Positions 1 through 10,317 of a stretch of DNA of 64,000 bases are shown piece after piece; position 1 is the first letter of the stretch; every line of letters begins with the position of its first letter. Below the pieces are notes generated by a model. That model had not been told where the DNA came from. It saw nothing but the letters and a program-made list of their open reading frames with translations, and ran no database searches. The stretch comes from Lentisphaeria bacterium. GTDB taxonomy: Bacteria; Verrucomicrobiota; Lentisphaeria; Victivallales; UBA1829. Made by a program: the position numbers and the translations under genes. Location of the stretch: positions 60 through 64,059 of the forward strand of contig JAGBXB010000054.1 of the NCBI GenBank assembly GCA_017629515.1. The letters are read 5' to 3'.

Positions 1-234
1 AGCTCTGGGATCGATCTGATTGCGGGTGACATTGAAGCCGCCGCCGTGACAATCCTTGACGATAACTTCGGTCGCTCCGCCCCGGAAACACCCTTCAACG
101 CAGGCATTGATATCTGCCGCCATATAGCGTCTTGCAGCACCTATCAGATCCGGCCGGTTGAATTTTTCGCTTATGAAGCTGGGACTGCTGACTCCGCTGA
201 TCCCCTCAAGATCGGTCATGATATAGATTTTCAT
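1..234 (-). CDS. dppA: M55 family D-aminopeptidase (DppA-like), N-terminal part, runs off window edge
   Basis: Not in the ORF track. Manual translation from CAT at 232-234 gives MKIYIMTDLEGISGV...RYMAADINACVEGCFRGGATEVIVKDCHGGGFNV, matching the M55 D(M/L)EG and D(S/C)HG zinc motifs. Confidence 0.85.
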   Translation of the reverse strand, partial: MKIYIMTDLEGISGVSSPSFISEKFNRPDLIGAARRYMAADINACVEGCFRGGATEVIVKDCHGGGFNVTRNQIDPRA

Positions 235-399
235 TTTTCAGAACAATCCTTATGTTTATTGGTAATTGCTTTAATTTATCATGACAAAGAAGCTATTTCA
301 AGCAAAAAATATCTCATCCGGACTTGAAATTTTTTATTTTTGTGGTAAATTTAACGATATCGTGATATTGTCAGTCTGTGTCAGCCAGGGAACAAGGAT

Positions 400-996
400 A
401 TGCCCCGCTTATCGCCGCAAAACAAAGAACATCATACCGCAGTGATGCGGGAACGGATCTGCAGTACTTTTGCAGAGATGTTTGCATCGGACGGCGATGT
501 TTCCATGGAGCATCTGGCTGAAAGACTCGGTGTTGCCAAAGGAACTATCTACAACTATTTCCGCGACAAGTCGGAGCTTACATCGGCGGTTATGGAAATA
601 CGCCGTAAAAATATGGTGGAACTGATGGAACGCACCATCCTTCCGGAACTTCCGGCAGAAGAACAACTGGCGGTTTTTGTGCGTATAATGATCGATGACT
701 TCAATTTGTACCGTCATCTGAGGATGGAGTATCTGCGTTATAATCCGCTGGCTCCGGTACCCTCGCGCCCCAGACCGCTGGATATCCTTGAACAAATCAT
801 GGAACGCAGTATCGCTTCCGGTGAATTCAGGGAAAATGATCCTGCCGAAGCGGCGTTGTTCATCTTCTGTTCCCTTATCGGCAAATTCCGTCATCTGCTG
901 CGCAACAACCAGGCTGCCGATCCGGAGTATGAATTCCGGACTATGATGAATTTTCTGATCCCGGCACTCCGCAGCAATGCCGGTACGGAACATTAA
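400..996 (+). CDS. TetR/AcrR family transcriptional regulator
   Basis: HTH SMEHLAERLGVAKGTIYNYFRDKSEL. Confidence 0.9.
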   Translation: MPRLSPQNKEHHTAVMRERICSTFAEMFASDGDVSMEHLAERLGVAKGTIYNYFRDKSELTSAVMEIRRKNMVELMERTILPELPAEEQLAVFVRIMIDDFNLYRHLRMEYLRYNPLAPVPSRPRPLDILEQIMERSIASGEFRENDPAEAALFIFCSLIGKFRHLLRNNQAADPEYEFRTMMNFLIPALRSNAGTEH

Positions 997-1020
997 GGAT
1001 ATCGAGAAAGGAACAGGGGC

Positions 1021-1482
1021 ATGTCCAAAGCGGAAAAAGCGCGTGAACTTTTTATGGAGGGAGCCAACTGCGCTCAGGCTGTTTTCGGAGCTTTTGCTCA
1101 GGAGTGCGGGATCTCTGAAGAACAGGCATTTATCATGAGTTCAGGTTTCGGCGGAGGCGTCGGAAGACTGCGCGAAGTGTGCGGAGCCGTCAGCGGCATG
1201 GTCATGGTACTCAACATGATATACGGCTCTGCCGATCTGAAGGACAAAACAGCTAAAGATGCCCAGTATGCCCGGATCCAGCAGGTCGCAGAGGAGTTCC
1301 GCAAAGAATGCGGCTCGATCGTGTGCCGCGAATTGCTGGGCTTGACTCCAGGACACAAGGACACTCCGGTTTCAGAAGAAAGAAATGCCGGATATTATAA
1401 AAAACGCCCATGCGCCGACATGGTCGCTCTGGCAGCGGAAATAACCGAAAGATTTATCAATCAGGAAAGTGCTTGCCGGTAA
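1021..1482 (+). CDS. C-GCAxxG-C-C family putative redox protein
   Basis: Motifs NCAQAV, GFGGG, CGAVSG, CRELLG and a C-terminal Cys. Confidence 0.85.
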   Translation: MSKAEKARELFMEGANCAQAVFGAFAQECGISEEQAFIMSSGFGGGVGRLREVCGAVSGMVMVLNMIYGSADLKDKTAKDAQYARIQQVAEEFRKECGSIVCRELLGLTPGHKDTPVSEERNAGYYKKRPCADMVALAAEITERFINQESACR

Positions 1483-1861
1483 AAACGGTTTGAGGAATCG
1501 TGCCCCATTTTCCCCGACCTTTATCTGCACTTATGTTTTGCAGTTTCCGCAATATATAAGTGCCGCTTGAAGATTCAACAAAGCAGCACCTGGTCGTGCA
1601 GGGAACAAAACATCAAAAAAAGTGAATAAAAGCAATCCTGAATAAATCGTTTTCAGCAGTTGGTTCACAGTCTGTCCTGCCGCGGATGTTTTTGTCAATG
1701 TGCAAAATAAAGATGATTTTTTTATTATTCCGGTTGTAAAACACTGTATTGTGTGCTAAATTACATTTGACTCAAGCAAAAAAGGGGAATCTTGTGTGTT
1801 TTCGGATTCTTTTTCAATGAGCTTTTGAGTATCAACAAATCTAATCAGGAGTTAGAAAAAA

Positions 1862-2971
1862 ATGGCTGAGAGTGTTTCAACTAAAATTGAAGGCAAGAAA
1901 TCAGAATACAAGGGTAAAAAATTGCGCGTTGCCATTATCGGCTGCGGCGGTATTGCCCAGACTCACATGAAGGCGTATCAGGAGATCCCGGAAGTCGAAA
2001 TCGTCGCCGGTGTCGATATCAAAAAAGACCGCCTCGAACTGATGAACAAGGAATGGGGCATTCCCAAGAAGGCTCTCTTTACCGATTGGAACAAGATGCT
2101 CAAAGAGATCAAGCCCGACGCTGTCGACGTCTGCACCCCCAACGGAGTCCACTGCGCTCCCGTGGTCGATGCCTGTAACGCCGGCTGTCACGCAATGGTC
2201 GAAAAACCCATGGCCATGTCCCCCAAAGAATGTGAACAGATGATCGCTGCCGCCAAGAAGAACAAAGTCAAACTTTCTGTCGGATTCCAGCAGCGTTACC
2301 GCACCAACACCCAGGCTCTGATCCAGGCCCGTGAAGAAGGCCGTTTCGGCGATATCCTGTTTGTCAAGTGCCAGGCTCTCCGCCGTCGCGGTATCCCAAA
2401 CTGGGGTGTTTTCGGTCAGAAGGAACTCCAGGGCGGCGGTCCCATGATCGATATCGGCGTGCACATCCTCGAATGCGCCTGGGAATTCATGGGCTCCCCC
2501 AAACCGGTCGCAGCCAGCGGCAACTGCTGGACATATCTCGGCGACAAGCCCAGCAATATCCGTAACGCATGGCCCAACTGGGATTACAAGACCTACACTG
2601 TGGAAGACCTTGCCATCGGTCAGATCCGTTTTGAAAACGGTGCCATTCTGCAGATCGAATCCAGTTTTGCCGCACATATTCCCAAAAACGACATCTTCAA
2701 CTTCACCGCTATGGGAACCAAGGGCGGATGCTCCTGGGAAGATGTTGCCATCTATACCGACGAGCATGATATGATGATGAATATGACTCCTTCTTACATG
2801 CCCAACGACGGCTGGCTCACCATGTTCACCAAGAAGCTGAAAAACTGGGCTCAGGGATGTCTTAACGGAACTGAACTGGATGCTTCCGGTGAAGACGGTC
2901 TGGGCGTGCAGAAGATGCTCGATGCCATCTACCGTTCCGCCGAAGCCGGTAAAGAAGTCACCATCAAGTAA
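1862..2971 (+). CDS. Gfo/Idh/MocA family oxidoreductase
   Basis: IIGCGGIA Rossmann motif, EKPMA, GGGPMIDIGVH; RBS AGGAG. Confidence 0.92.
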   Translation: MAESVSTKIEGKKSEYKGKKLRVAIIGCGGIAQTHMKAYQEIPEVEIVAGVDIKKDRLELMNKEWGIPKKALFTDWNKMLKEIKPDAVDVCTPNGVHCAPVVDACNAGCHAMVEKPMAMSPKECEQMIAAAKKNKVKLSVGFQQRYRTNTQALIQAREEGRFGDILFVKCQALRRRGIPNWGVFGQKELQGGGPMIDIGVHILECAWEFMGSPKPVAASGNCWTYLGDKPSNIRNAWPNWDYKTYTVEDLAIGQIRFENGAILQIESSFAAHIPKNDIFNFTAMGTKGGCSWEDVAIYTDEHDMMMNMTPSYMPNDGWLTMFTKKLKNWAQGCLNGTELDASGEDGLGVQKMLDAIYRSAEAGKEVTIK

Positions 2972-3009
2972 AATATTTTTACAGAATATTCCCAAGGACA
3001 AAAAACCAA

Positions 3010-3873
3010 ATGAAAATCGGTGTTATTGTCGAATCCTTCTGCGAAGATCTGCATACAGCTCTGAAATCCGCCGCTTCCATGGGGATCCAGGGCGTTCAGA
3101 TCTACGCCTGCCACCACTCACACAAATCTCTGATCGAGATGAGTTCCGCAGAACGTTCTGATCTGCTCAAATACATCAAGGATCTCGGTCTGGTGGTTTC
3201 TTCGATCTGCGGAGATCTGGGCGGCCATGGTTTCCAGGACAAAGAAGGAAATCCCAAGCGTATCGAATTGAGCAAGCAGATCATCGACGCCTGCTGCGAA
3301 ATGGAAACTGCTGTGATGACCACCCATGTCGGTGTGGTCCCCACAAAAGATGAATCTCCTGTTTATCAGGAAATGGTGCGCGTTGCCAAGATCGTCGGCG
3401 AATATGCCGTCGCCAACGGTGTGACTCTCGCTATCGAAACCGGTCCGGAACCGGCTGTCCGCCTGCGTCACTATCTGGAAGATATCGGGCTCAAGGGCAT
3501 CGGTGTCAACTTCGACCCCGCCAATCTGGCGATGGTGGTCAAAGATGACGCGGAAACTGCTGCCGCAACTCTTGCACCCTGGATCGTCCATACTCACGCC
3601 AAGGACGGCAGAAATCTGCGTCCCTGCAACCCCGCTGATGAATACGGATCACTGGAACTTTCCGATCTGACTCCTGCTGCAAACCGGAAAAAACTCGGTC
3701 CGGCATTCCTGGAAGTTCCGCTGGGTCAGGGCGATGTGAACTGGGATGGTTATTTCCGTACCCTCAACAAGATCGGTTATAACGGATTCCTCACAATCGA
3801 GCGCGAGGTCGGCGACACTCCCAAAGCTGATATCCAGTTGGCTGTTGACTTCCTCAAAGCCCGTATCGGCTGA
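3010..3873 (+). CDS. Sugar phosphate isomerase/epimerase (xylose isomerase-like TIM barrel)
   Basis: LAIETGPE, NFDPANL, HTHAKD, TIERE metal motifs. Confidence 0.9.
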   Translation: MKIGVIVESFCEDLHTALKSAASMGIQGVQIYACHHSHKSLIEMSSAERSDLLKYIKDLGLVVSSICGDLGGHGFQDKEGNPKRIELSKQIIDACCEMETAVMTTHVGVVPTKDESPVYQEMVRVAKIVGEYAVANGVTLAIETGPEPAVRLRHYLEDIGLKGIGVNFDPANLAMVVKDDAETAAATLAPWIVHTHAKDGRNLRPCNPADEYGSLELSDLTPAANRKKLGPAFLEVPLGQGDVNWDGYFRTLNKIGYNGFLTIEREVGDTPKADIQLAVDFLKARIG

Positions 3874-3892
3874 GAGATGTTGTGATCATTCA

Positions 3893-3926
3893 CAAGGGCT
3901 GCTGTAAAACGCAGCCCGTTTTTTTT
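3893..3926 (+). terminator. Rho-independent terminator-like hairpin
   Basis: GGGCTGC...GCAGCCC followed by a T run. Confidence 0.6.
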
Positions 3927-3944
3927 GATACAAGGAATTGTTTT

Positions 3945-5138
3945 ATGAAAGATTTCCGTTTGGGAGTAGTTGGGCTCGGACATCGCGGACGGGCAATGTT
4001 TACCGAAGCATGCAAATGTCTTTTCGGCATCAAAGGTGTTGCCGCATGCGATATCAATCCGGCATTGTGGTACGATGACATATTGCGGGATAAAGCAGTG
4101 CATCCCTCCATGGCTTCACAGCTGCCCGATGTGAAGTTTTACGAGAGCTATGACGAGATGCTGGAAAAGGCTGATCTTGATATCGTCATGATCGAAACTC
4201 CCGCCACATGTCATGCAGAGTTCTGTATCAAAGCTCTCGACCGCGGGATACATGTATTTTCCGATATCCCGTCAGTCCGGGATCTGGTTGAAGCAAAAGA
4301 TCTCTGGGAGGCTCATTTGCGTTCCAGTGCCAAACTTATGACCGGAGCCACCACCATGGGCTGGGGATTCTGTCTGTCGCTGCAGGATCTTTACCATCAG
4401 GGCCTGCTGGGCAAGCCTTACGCTTTGGAAGCTGAATATATCCACGACTGCCGCGGTCTGTGGGAGGAAACCCCGTGGCGCAAGCCGACCACAAAATTCG
4501 CTTCGGTCCCCTGTTCCTATTCGACTCACTCGCTGGGTCCGATGCTTGCGGTGCTGGAAGAAGATCTGACCGAAGTGGTGTGCATTTCCTCCGGCAGTCA
4601 TGTGACTGAATTTCCTCATGCCAATGATTACACCTGCGCGCTGTTCCGGACACCTTCAAAAGTCACCGTACGGATGACATGTTCTTTTATCAACAACTGC
4701 AAATCCGGACTCCACAGTTTCCGGGTATTCGGAACGGAAGGCTGTTTTGAACATCTTTCGCACCGCGGCGAAAAACAGCCGATGCGGACGACTTTCAGCA
4801 GCAACAAACTGGTCGGAGCAGATGCTCCGGTCGAACTGCCGGTGGGATTCTCGCCTTTTTCAGATGCAGTGAAACGGCAGTACAAATACAAAGGCACTTT
4901 CGGACACGGCGGTGCTGATTCCTATTTGTGGCTGCGCTTTATCGAGGCCCTGCAGCGCGGCGACGAGGTGATGCCCATTTCACTCCGGGACGGTTTGCGC
5001 ATGACGCTGCCGGGGATCTACGCTGTGGAATCGGTGATCCGTGACGGAGAAAAGGTGGCGATCCATTATCCGTGGCAGAAAGAGGAGTTCCAGAAGGATA
5101 TCGAAACTTGCTCGCCCAGATGCACCGGACGCAAATAA
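3945..5138 (+). CDS. Gfo/Idh/MocA family oxidoreductase
   Basis: GVVGLGHRG, ETPATCHAE, HGGAD; start moved to ATG 3945 (RBS AAGGA). Confidence 0.85.
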   Translation: MKDFRLGVVGLGHRGRAMFTEACKCLFGIKGVAACDINPALWYDDILRDKAVHPSMASQLPDVKFYESYDEMLEKADLDIVMIETPATCHAEFCIKALDRGIHVFSDIPSVRDLVEAKDLWEAHLRSSAKLMTGATTMGWGFCLSLQDLYHQGLLGKPYALEAEYIHDCRGLWEETPWRKPTTKFASVPCSYSTHSLGPMLAVLEEDLTEVVCISSGSHVTEFPHANDYTCALFRTPSKVTVRMTCSFINNCKSGLHSFRVFGTEGCFEHLSHRGEKQPMRTTFSSNKLVGADAPVELPVGFSPFSDAVKRQYKYKGTFGHGGADSYLWLRFIEALQRGDEVMPISLRDGLRMTLPGIYAVESVIRDGEKVAIHYPWQKEEFQKDIETCSPRCTGRK

Positions 5139-5176
5139 AGTCCTGTTTTCCCCAACATCCCAACAGGGGCTGTTGC

Positions 5177-5210
5177 CAAACCTCAAAAAAGGTGAGCAAC
5201 AGCCTTTTTT
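5177..5210. terminator. Hairpin between convergent genes
   Basis: GGCTGTTGC...GCAACAGCC-T7. Confidence 0.6.
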
Positions 5211-5239
5211 TGGCTCTGTTCCAAACAAAGACCGGACTT

Positions 5240-6625
5240 TTACTTCGACTGTTCCGCCCCAGCCGAATGCGGGATTTTTCTTAATGCCATCCATAAAGTG
5301 ATCCCCAGAATAATGGAGGTCAGCAAATAGGATGCGGGGAAATTCATGATAAGGATCCAGTAATTCCTGGATAAAAACGGGAACAGACAAACGACCCAGA
5401 ATACCCGGAAAAGACAGATACCGAAAATGGAAATGGCGGTGGGCAGCACCGAATATCCCAATCCGCGCAAAGTTCCGGACAGCACATCGAGGATCATAAA
5501 AAGGAATCCGGGCAGCAGCTGCAGAGTGGCTCTGATGTTGGCAAACTCCAGCAATTCCCGGCTGGGATCATTCACGCACCAGGGCAGCCAGATCGACAGG
5601 GTGAAACGGGCAAGTCCGCCGAGGCTGAGTCCGATAAGGAGAGCGAATCCGATATTCCAGAAAAGTCCTTTCAGGATCCGTTCTTTGTTCCTGGCTCCGG
5701 CATTCTGTCCGGTGAATGTGATCGCAGTCTGATGCTGGGCATTGGCAATACTGTTTATCAATCCTCCTACGGAAAATCCGACTATGGTGGTCGCAGCGAT
5801 CGCTCCGGGACCGAAGTCATTGTTTGCGTGGGCAACCAGAATGTTGGAAATGGCAAAACAACCGTTCTGGAGCCCTGCCGGGAATCCATTGTAGCATACC
5901 TTGCCGAGAATGGCAAAATCTATCCTGAACAGTTTGCCGAAGAAAAATCTGTAAGCCCCATGCGATCTGTAAAGGGCACCGATAATGAGTACAAGCGAAA
6001 GGAACTGTGCCGTGATGGTGGCATAAGCCACGCCCAGCACCTCCATGTCAAAACATGCCACAAGAATGATGTTCAATACGACATTGACGATACCAGATGC
6101 GGAAAGGATCACCATCGGCAGATTGGGTTTTCCCACAGAACGCAGTACGCAGCAGCCGAAGGCGTAGACCACAACTGCGGGCAGTCCGCACAATATCACC
6201 CGGAAATAAGCCAGCGCATCTTCCATGATGGCTTCCGGGACCCGGAGCAGCCGGAATATATCTCTGCCGAATAGATATCCGGCAGCAAGCATGAATAAGC
6301 CGCAAACCAGCCCCAGGATGAGAGAAGAATGTACCGTCCGGTTGACATTTTTAAAATCTCTTGCTCCCATGAAACGGGAAACCATCGCACTGACACCGGC
6401 TCCCATTCCCAGAAATACCGTCACCAGAATCGAAGTTACCGGAGCTGAACCTCCGATCGCCGCCACTGCGTGTTCTGCGTTTTTGGCGAAACGGCCGACC
6501 ACGATGACATCAGCGGCATGAAAAAGGATCTGGGTGATGAACGTAATGGCAAGCGGGGTCATAAACTTGATGATCTGGATCGGGATCACCCCTTGCGTAA
6601 GATCCATTTTTCTGCTTGAAGCCAT
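5240..6625 (-). CDS. MATE family efflux transporter
   Basis: MDLTQG start, ADVIVVGRF, GQNAGA, multiple TM segments. Confidence 0.9.
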   Translation of the reverse strand: MASSRKMDLTQGVIPIQIIKFMTPLAITFITQILFHAADVIVVGRFAKNAEHAVAAIGGSAPVTSILVTVFLGMGAGVSAMVSRFMGARDFKNVNRTVHSSLILGLVCGLFMLAAGYLFGRDIFRLLRVPEAIMEDALAYFRVILCGLPAVVVYAFGCCVLRSVGKPNLPMVILSASGIVNVVLNIILVACFDMEVLGVAYATITAQFLSLVLIIGALYRSHGAYRFFFGKLFRIDFAILGKVCYNGFPAGLQNGCFAISNILVAHANNDFGPGAIAATTIVGFSVGGLINSIANAQHQTAITFTGQNAGARNKERILKGLFWNIGFALLIGLSLGGLARFTLSIWLPWCVNDPSRELLEFANIRATLQLLPGFLFMILDVLSGTLRGLGYSVLPTAISIFGICLFRVFWVVCLFPFLSRNYWILIMNFPASYLLTSIILGITLWMALRKIPHSAGAEQSK

Positions 6626-6700
6626 GGCTGTTTTACGGAACCCAGTCCTCTTGCATTTATGTAAAAAATCTTTGCTGCTCCGGAGCTGCAGAGTGTTGTT

Positions 6701-8053
6701 TTACAACACCATTCCGGCGATCCACCCGGCAGCCAGAAGCGGCAGATTGTAGTGGATAAAGGTTGGAATGGTACTGTCGTATATGTGATCGTGTTTGCCG
6801 TCGGCATTAAGTCCGGCGGTGGGACCGAGTACCGATTCTGAAACCGGAGAACCGGCATCGCCCAAAGCTCCTGCCACACCTACGATGGCAATGGTGGCAA
6901 GGGGAGAGATCCCCAGCTTCACGCACAGCGGCACATAGATCGCGGCAATAAGCGGCACGGTGGAAAATGATGAACCGATACCCATGGTTATCACCAGACC
7001 GATAAAGAGCATAAAAAATATTGCCAGTCCTTTCTGTTCCCCGATACAGAAAGCCAGCAGTCTGACCAGTGTATCAATAGTTCCGGTAGCTTTGAGGACT
7101 CCGGCAAAACCGTTGGCGGCGATCATCACGATACCGATACCGCCCATAAGGTAGACACCTCTGGTAAAAATATCCTGACTGTCTTTGATGGAGATCACTC
7201 CGGCAATGACAAAGACAATGACTCCTGCCAATGCGGCTATGACGAGAGAATCCAGCCATATCTGTCCTGCCAGGGCAACGGCTATGGCAACGACTCCGGC
7301 GATGATATTGAGGGGCTTGATTTCGGTTACGGTATTTTCTGCGGCAGTATTATTTTCCGACTTCCCGGAACCGGTATCGTAATCCCGTTTTTTGCGGTAG
7401 GAAATGAATACAGCGATGAGCAAACCAACCGTCATACCGATGGCGGGGATGAACATTGCTGCTGGAGCCATGGAGTTGGTAACCTGCAATCCGCTGTTGC
7501 AGATGCCTTTGATAAGGATCTCGTTCAGATAGATCTGACCGAAGCCGAAGGGCATGAACATATATGGAGTTATAAGTCCGAAAGTCAGGATACATGCGAC
7601 AGCCCGGCGGTCGAGTTTCAGTTTATCAAACAGCGGCAGCAGCGGGGGGATGAGTACCGGGATAAAAGCGATATGCACCGGAATGATATTCTGGGAGGAG
7701 ATCGCCGCCAGAGTAAGGATACCTAAAAGCATATACTTGAAAAGCAGTATATTTTTCGGAGTCGCCTCACGGTCAAGTTTTTTGAACAGCATTGACGCCA
7801 GCAGTTCGGTGATGCCGGAGCGGGAAATAGCTATGGAAAATGCTCCGAGCATGGCGTAACTGAAGGCGATCTGTGCACCATTGGCAAGACCGCTGTTGAA
7901 GGCCTTCATTATAGCCGTGCCGCTCATACCGGCGATAAAGCCGCCGCTTACAGCTGCGATGACCAGCGAAAAGACCACATTCAGCCGCAACGCCGACAGG
8001 ATAAGCATTATTACAACAGAGATAAGTACCGGATTTTTCAATATTTCTATCAT
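6701..8053 (-). CDS. YuiF-like / Na+/H+ antiporter family permease
   Basis: SQNIIPVHIAFIP, GDAGSPVSES.LGPT.GLNADG.HDHI motifs; start at MIEILKNP. Confidence 0.85.
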   Translation of the reverse strand: MIEILKNPVLISVVIMLILSALRLNVVFSLVIAAVSGGFIAGMSGTAIMKAFNSGLANGAQIAFSYAMLGAFSIAISRSGITELLASMLFKKLDREATPKNILLFKYMLLGILTLAAISSQNIIPVHIAFIPVLIPPLLPLFDKLKLDRRAVACILTFGLITPYMFMPFGFGQIYLNEILIKGICNSGLQVTNSMAPAAMFIPAIGMTVGLLIAVFISYRKKRDYDTGSGKSENNTAAENTVTEIKPLNIIAGVVAIAVALAGQIWLDSLVIAALAGVIVFVIAGVISIKDSQDIFTRGVYLMGGIGIVMIAANGFAGVLKATGTIDTLVRLLAFCIGEQKGLAIFFMLFIGLVITMGIGSSFSTVPLIAAIYVPLCVKLGISPLATIAIVGVAGALGDAGSPVSESVLGPTAGLNADGKHDHIYDSTIPTFIHYNLPLLAAGWIAGMVL

Positions 8054-8320
8054 TGCAGCGACTCCATAGTTAGTTAGCAAAAATAAAAAATAGCACTCAT
8101 TACGGCACTTGTCAAGAAAAAATTCGACAATAGAGAGATTTATCACTGACATTTTGCGGTACGCCGTTCATAAGATCCCGCCGTTCTGTGAAACTGCACG
8201 AAACATTTTTTCTTTTTTTCCTGATGAAATATCTTTTTCAGCTTGATTATTTCCCGGCAGCTGTTATATTGTGATAACTCACTGGAGAAATGTTCATTTC
8301 TTGCGTATAAACTGGAAACT

Positions 8321-9142
8321 ATGAAAAATAAACATACACCGCTGCTTGTCAGTGTACCGGTCAACCGGCAGGCCCGTTTTTCGATGGTCGCGCTGTTCCG
8401 TGAAAGGGTGGAGTTCATCCGGGATTACACCTTGCCTTTTAATTTACTGTCAGTGTGTACGCAGGCAGACGGAAAAGACGCTTCCGTCATGCGCAACTTG
8501 CGGACCGGCGAAGTGTTTTTCAGGGAGCCGGGGTTGTTTTCCCTTTGTCCATGCGGTCTGCCGATGAGATATCATCACACTTTCAGAAATGAACATATAG
8601 CGATACATTTCAAGCTGGAGCTATTTCCGGGTGTGGATGTATTTTCGGGGCAGCAGCATGTCATTCTGGAAAAATCTCTGCCTATGATGCAGGAAGTGCA
8701 AAGTATCTTTGAAACCGGAGATCCGGTGCTGCAGCTTTCCAGAAGTCAGGAGTTCGCCCTGCGTTTCTGTCATCGCCACTGGCCGGAATATTATGCTTTT
8801 GAACTCAGAGAAATGCAGCGGTTCAGCGATGTTTTGTATTTTGTCCGCGAACAGGCAGATGCTTCGACGACTGCGGCAGAACTTGCATCGCTCATGCATT
8901 TGCCGGAGTCCGCATTTTTCCGGGAATTCCGCACCGTTTTCAATATTTCTCCGAAACAATTTCTCCAGCAGGAGATATTCAATAAGGCCGCCCAGCTGCT
9001 GCTTATGCCGGAAATGTCGGTCAAATTGACCGCTGCACGATTGAATTTTACCTCGGAATTTTATTTTTCTCATTTCTTCAAGAGATTAAGCGGCGTTTCA
9101 CCCAAAAAATACAGAGAAACACATCTGTTTTCTGCTCAATGA
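8321..9142 (+). CDS. AraC family transcriptional regulator
   Basis: C-terminal FTSEFYFSHFFKRLSGVSPKKYR. Confidence 0.88.
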   Translation: MKNKHTPLLVSVPVNRQARFSMVALFRERVEFIRDYTLPFNLLSVCTQADGKDASVMRNLRTGEVFFREPGLFSLCPCGLPMRYHHTFRNEHIAIHFKLELFPGVDVFSGQQHVILEKSLPMMQEVQSIFETGDPVLQLSRSQEFALRFCHRHWPEYYAFELREMQRFSDVLYFVREQADASTTAAELASLMHLPESAFFREFRTVFNISPKQFLQQEIFNKAAQLLLMPEMSVKLTAARLNFTSEFYFSHFFKRLSGVSPKKYRETHLFSAQ

Positions 9143-9185
9143 TTTTTGTTCCCGGCAAAATGGCGAAATGAAAAAACGGAACGAT

Positions 9186-10073
9186 TCAGAGATTTACATT
9201 CTTTTTTCTCCAGTTCCCCGGAGTGACTCCATAATGCTCCCGGAATGCTTTGATAAAAGAAGGCACCGAAGCAAATCCGCATTCGTAAGAAAGCATTTTT
9301 GTTGAAATATTGTTTTTTGATTTCAGCAACTCCACCCCGCGGCGCAAACGCATTTCTTTGAGAAACACAAAAGGCGCAAGTTTGAATTCACGGTAAAACC
9401 ACCGCCGCAAAGATGCTTCACTGCATCCGGCTATGGCGATCAATTCTTTCATATCTATGGAACGGTGGAGATTGCCTTCCATAAATTTGACCACCTTCTG
9501 CATCGAAGACAAATTGTTTTCCTGCATGACATAGCATGACAGCTCCCCCAGCAATCTGTAGACGGCACTTGAAAGTTCCACTGTCGAATTTCCGGAAGAC
9601 TCCATCATCTGAGCGATCTCATCGAACATTTTCACCAACTTTTCCGGCTCAGGCACTTTTACGATACAGAAACTACAGAACCCGAAAGCACTGAGCAGAG
9701 CTTCCAAAGCCATTCCGTCAATGATCAGGCACAGTTTTCTGCGCCATTGGGTCCCGCTGTTGACCATTGTCACAGTGGTACCGGGCACAATAACAGAACA
9801 ATCTCCGGCAGATGCGATATGGGATTTGTCTTCCATCCGGAATTCAACAGCTCCTTCAAGAATCAGCTCCAGTGCAAGTTTCGGATAATTATTGTGCTTG
9901 AACCAGCGTTTGTCCCGACGGCTCTCATCCAAAAACTGGACCGGTGAAAGGGGAAACTTGGGATTGTTCGGCAAAACGACTTTTCTGTGCAGCATACCTT
10001 TACGCACCCCGGTATCCCAGGAGTCGAAACTATCCTCTTTGAAACCGATCTGTGAACGCGTTATCTCTGCCAT
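9186..10073 (-). CDS. AraC family transcriptional regulator
   Basis: CGFASVPSFIKAFREHYGVTPGNWR with a cupin-like N-terminus. Confidence 0.88.
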   Translation of the reverse strand: MAEITRSQIGFKEDSFDSWDTGVRKGMLHRKVVLPNNPKFPLSPVQFLDESRRDKRWFKHNNYPKLALELILEGAVEFRMEDKSHIASAGDCSVIVPGTTVTMVNSGTQWRRKLCLIIDGMALEALLSAFGFCSFCIVKVPEPEKLVKMFDEIAQMMESSGNSTVELSSAVYRLLGELSCYVMQENNLSSMQKVVKFMEGNLHRSIDMKELIAIAGCSEASLRRWFYREFKLAPFVFLKEMRLRRGVELLKSKNNISTKMLSYECGFASVPSFIKAFREHYGVTPGNWRKKNVNL

Positions 10074-10317
10074 TTTATGAGTATCCTGAATTAAAATAAA
10101 TTTTCCGAAAAACACACACTTCGGATAACTCTGTCATATAAGATAACATTCTGATGACAAAATAGCAAGCCTTTTTTTCGCCATGAACGGATTTTTATAT
10201 CAGATGACCGTTTCGGATAACTATACACTTCAAAAACAAGTTGCACAAAACAAATTCGGATTGTATATTTTTACAGTATGTTTCTTTTCATTAAAAAATA
10301 ATTTGTCGGAGAAATTT

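Noticed and set aside
46-327. 93-aa + strand ORF
   Set aside because: Antisense shadow of the dppA-like gene on the - strand.
1901-3001. 366-aa antisense ORF
   Set aside because: Mirror of a codon-biased oxidoreductase gene; no recognisable motifs.
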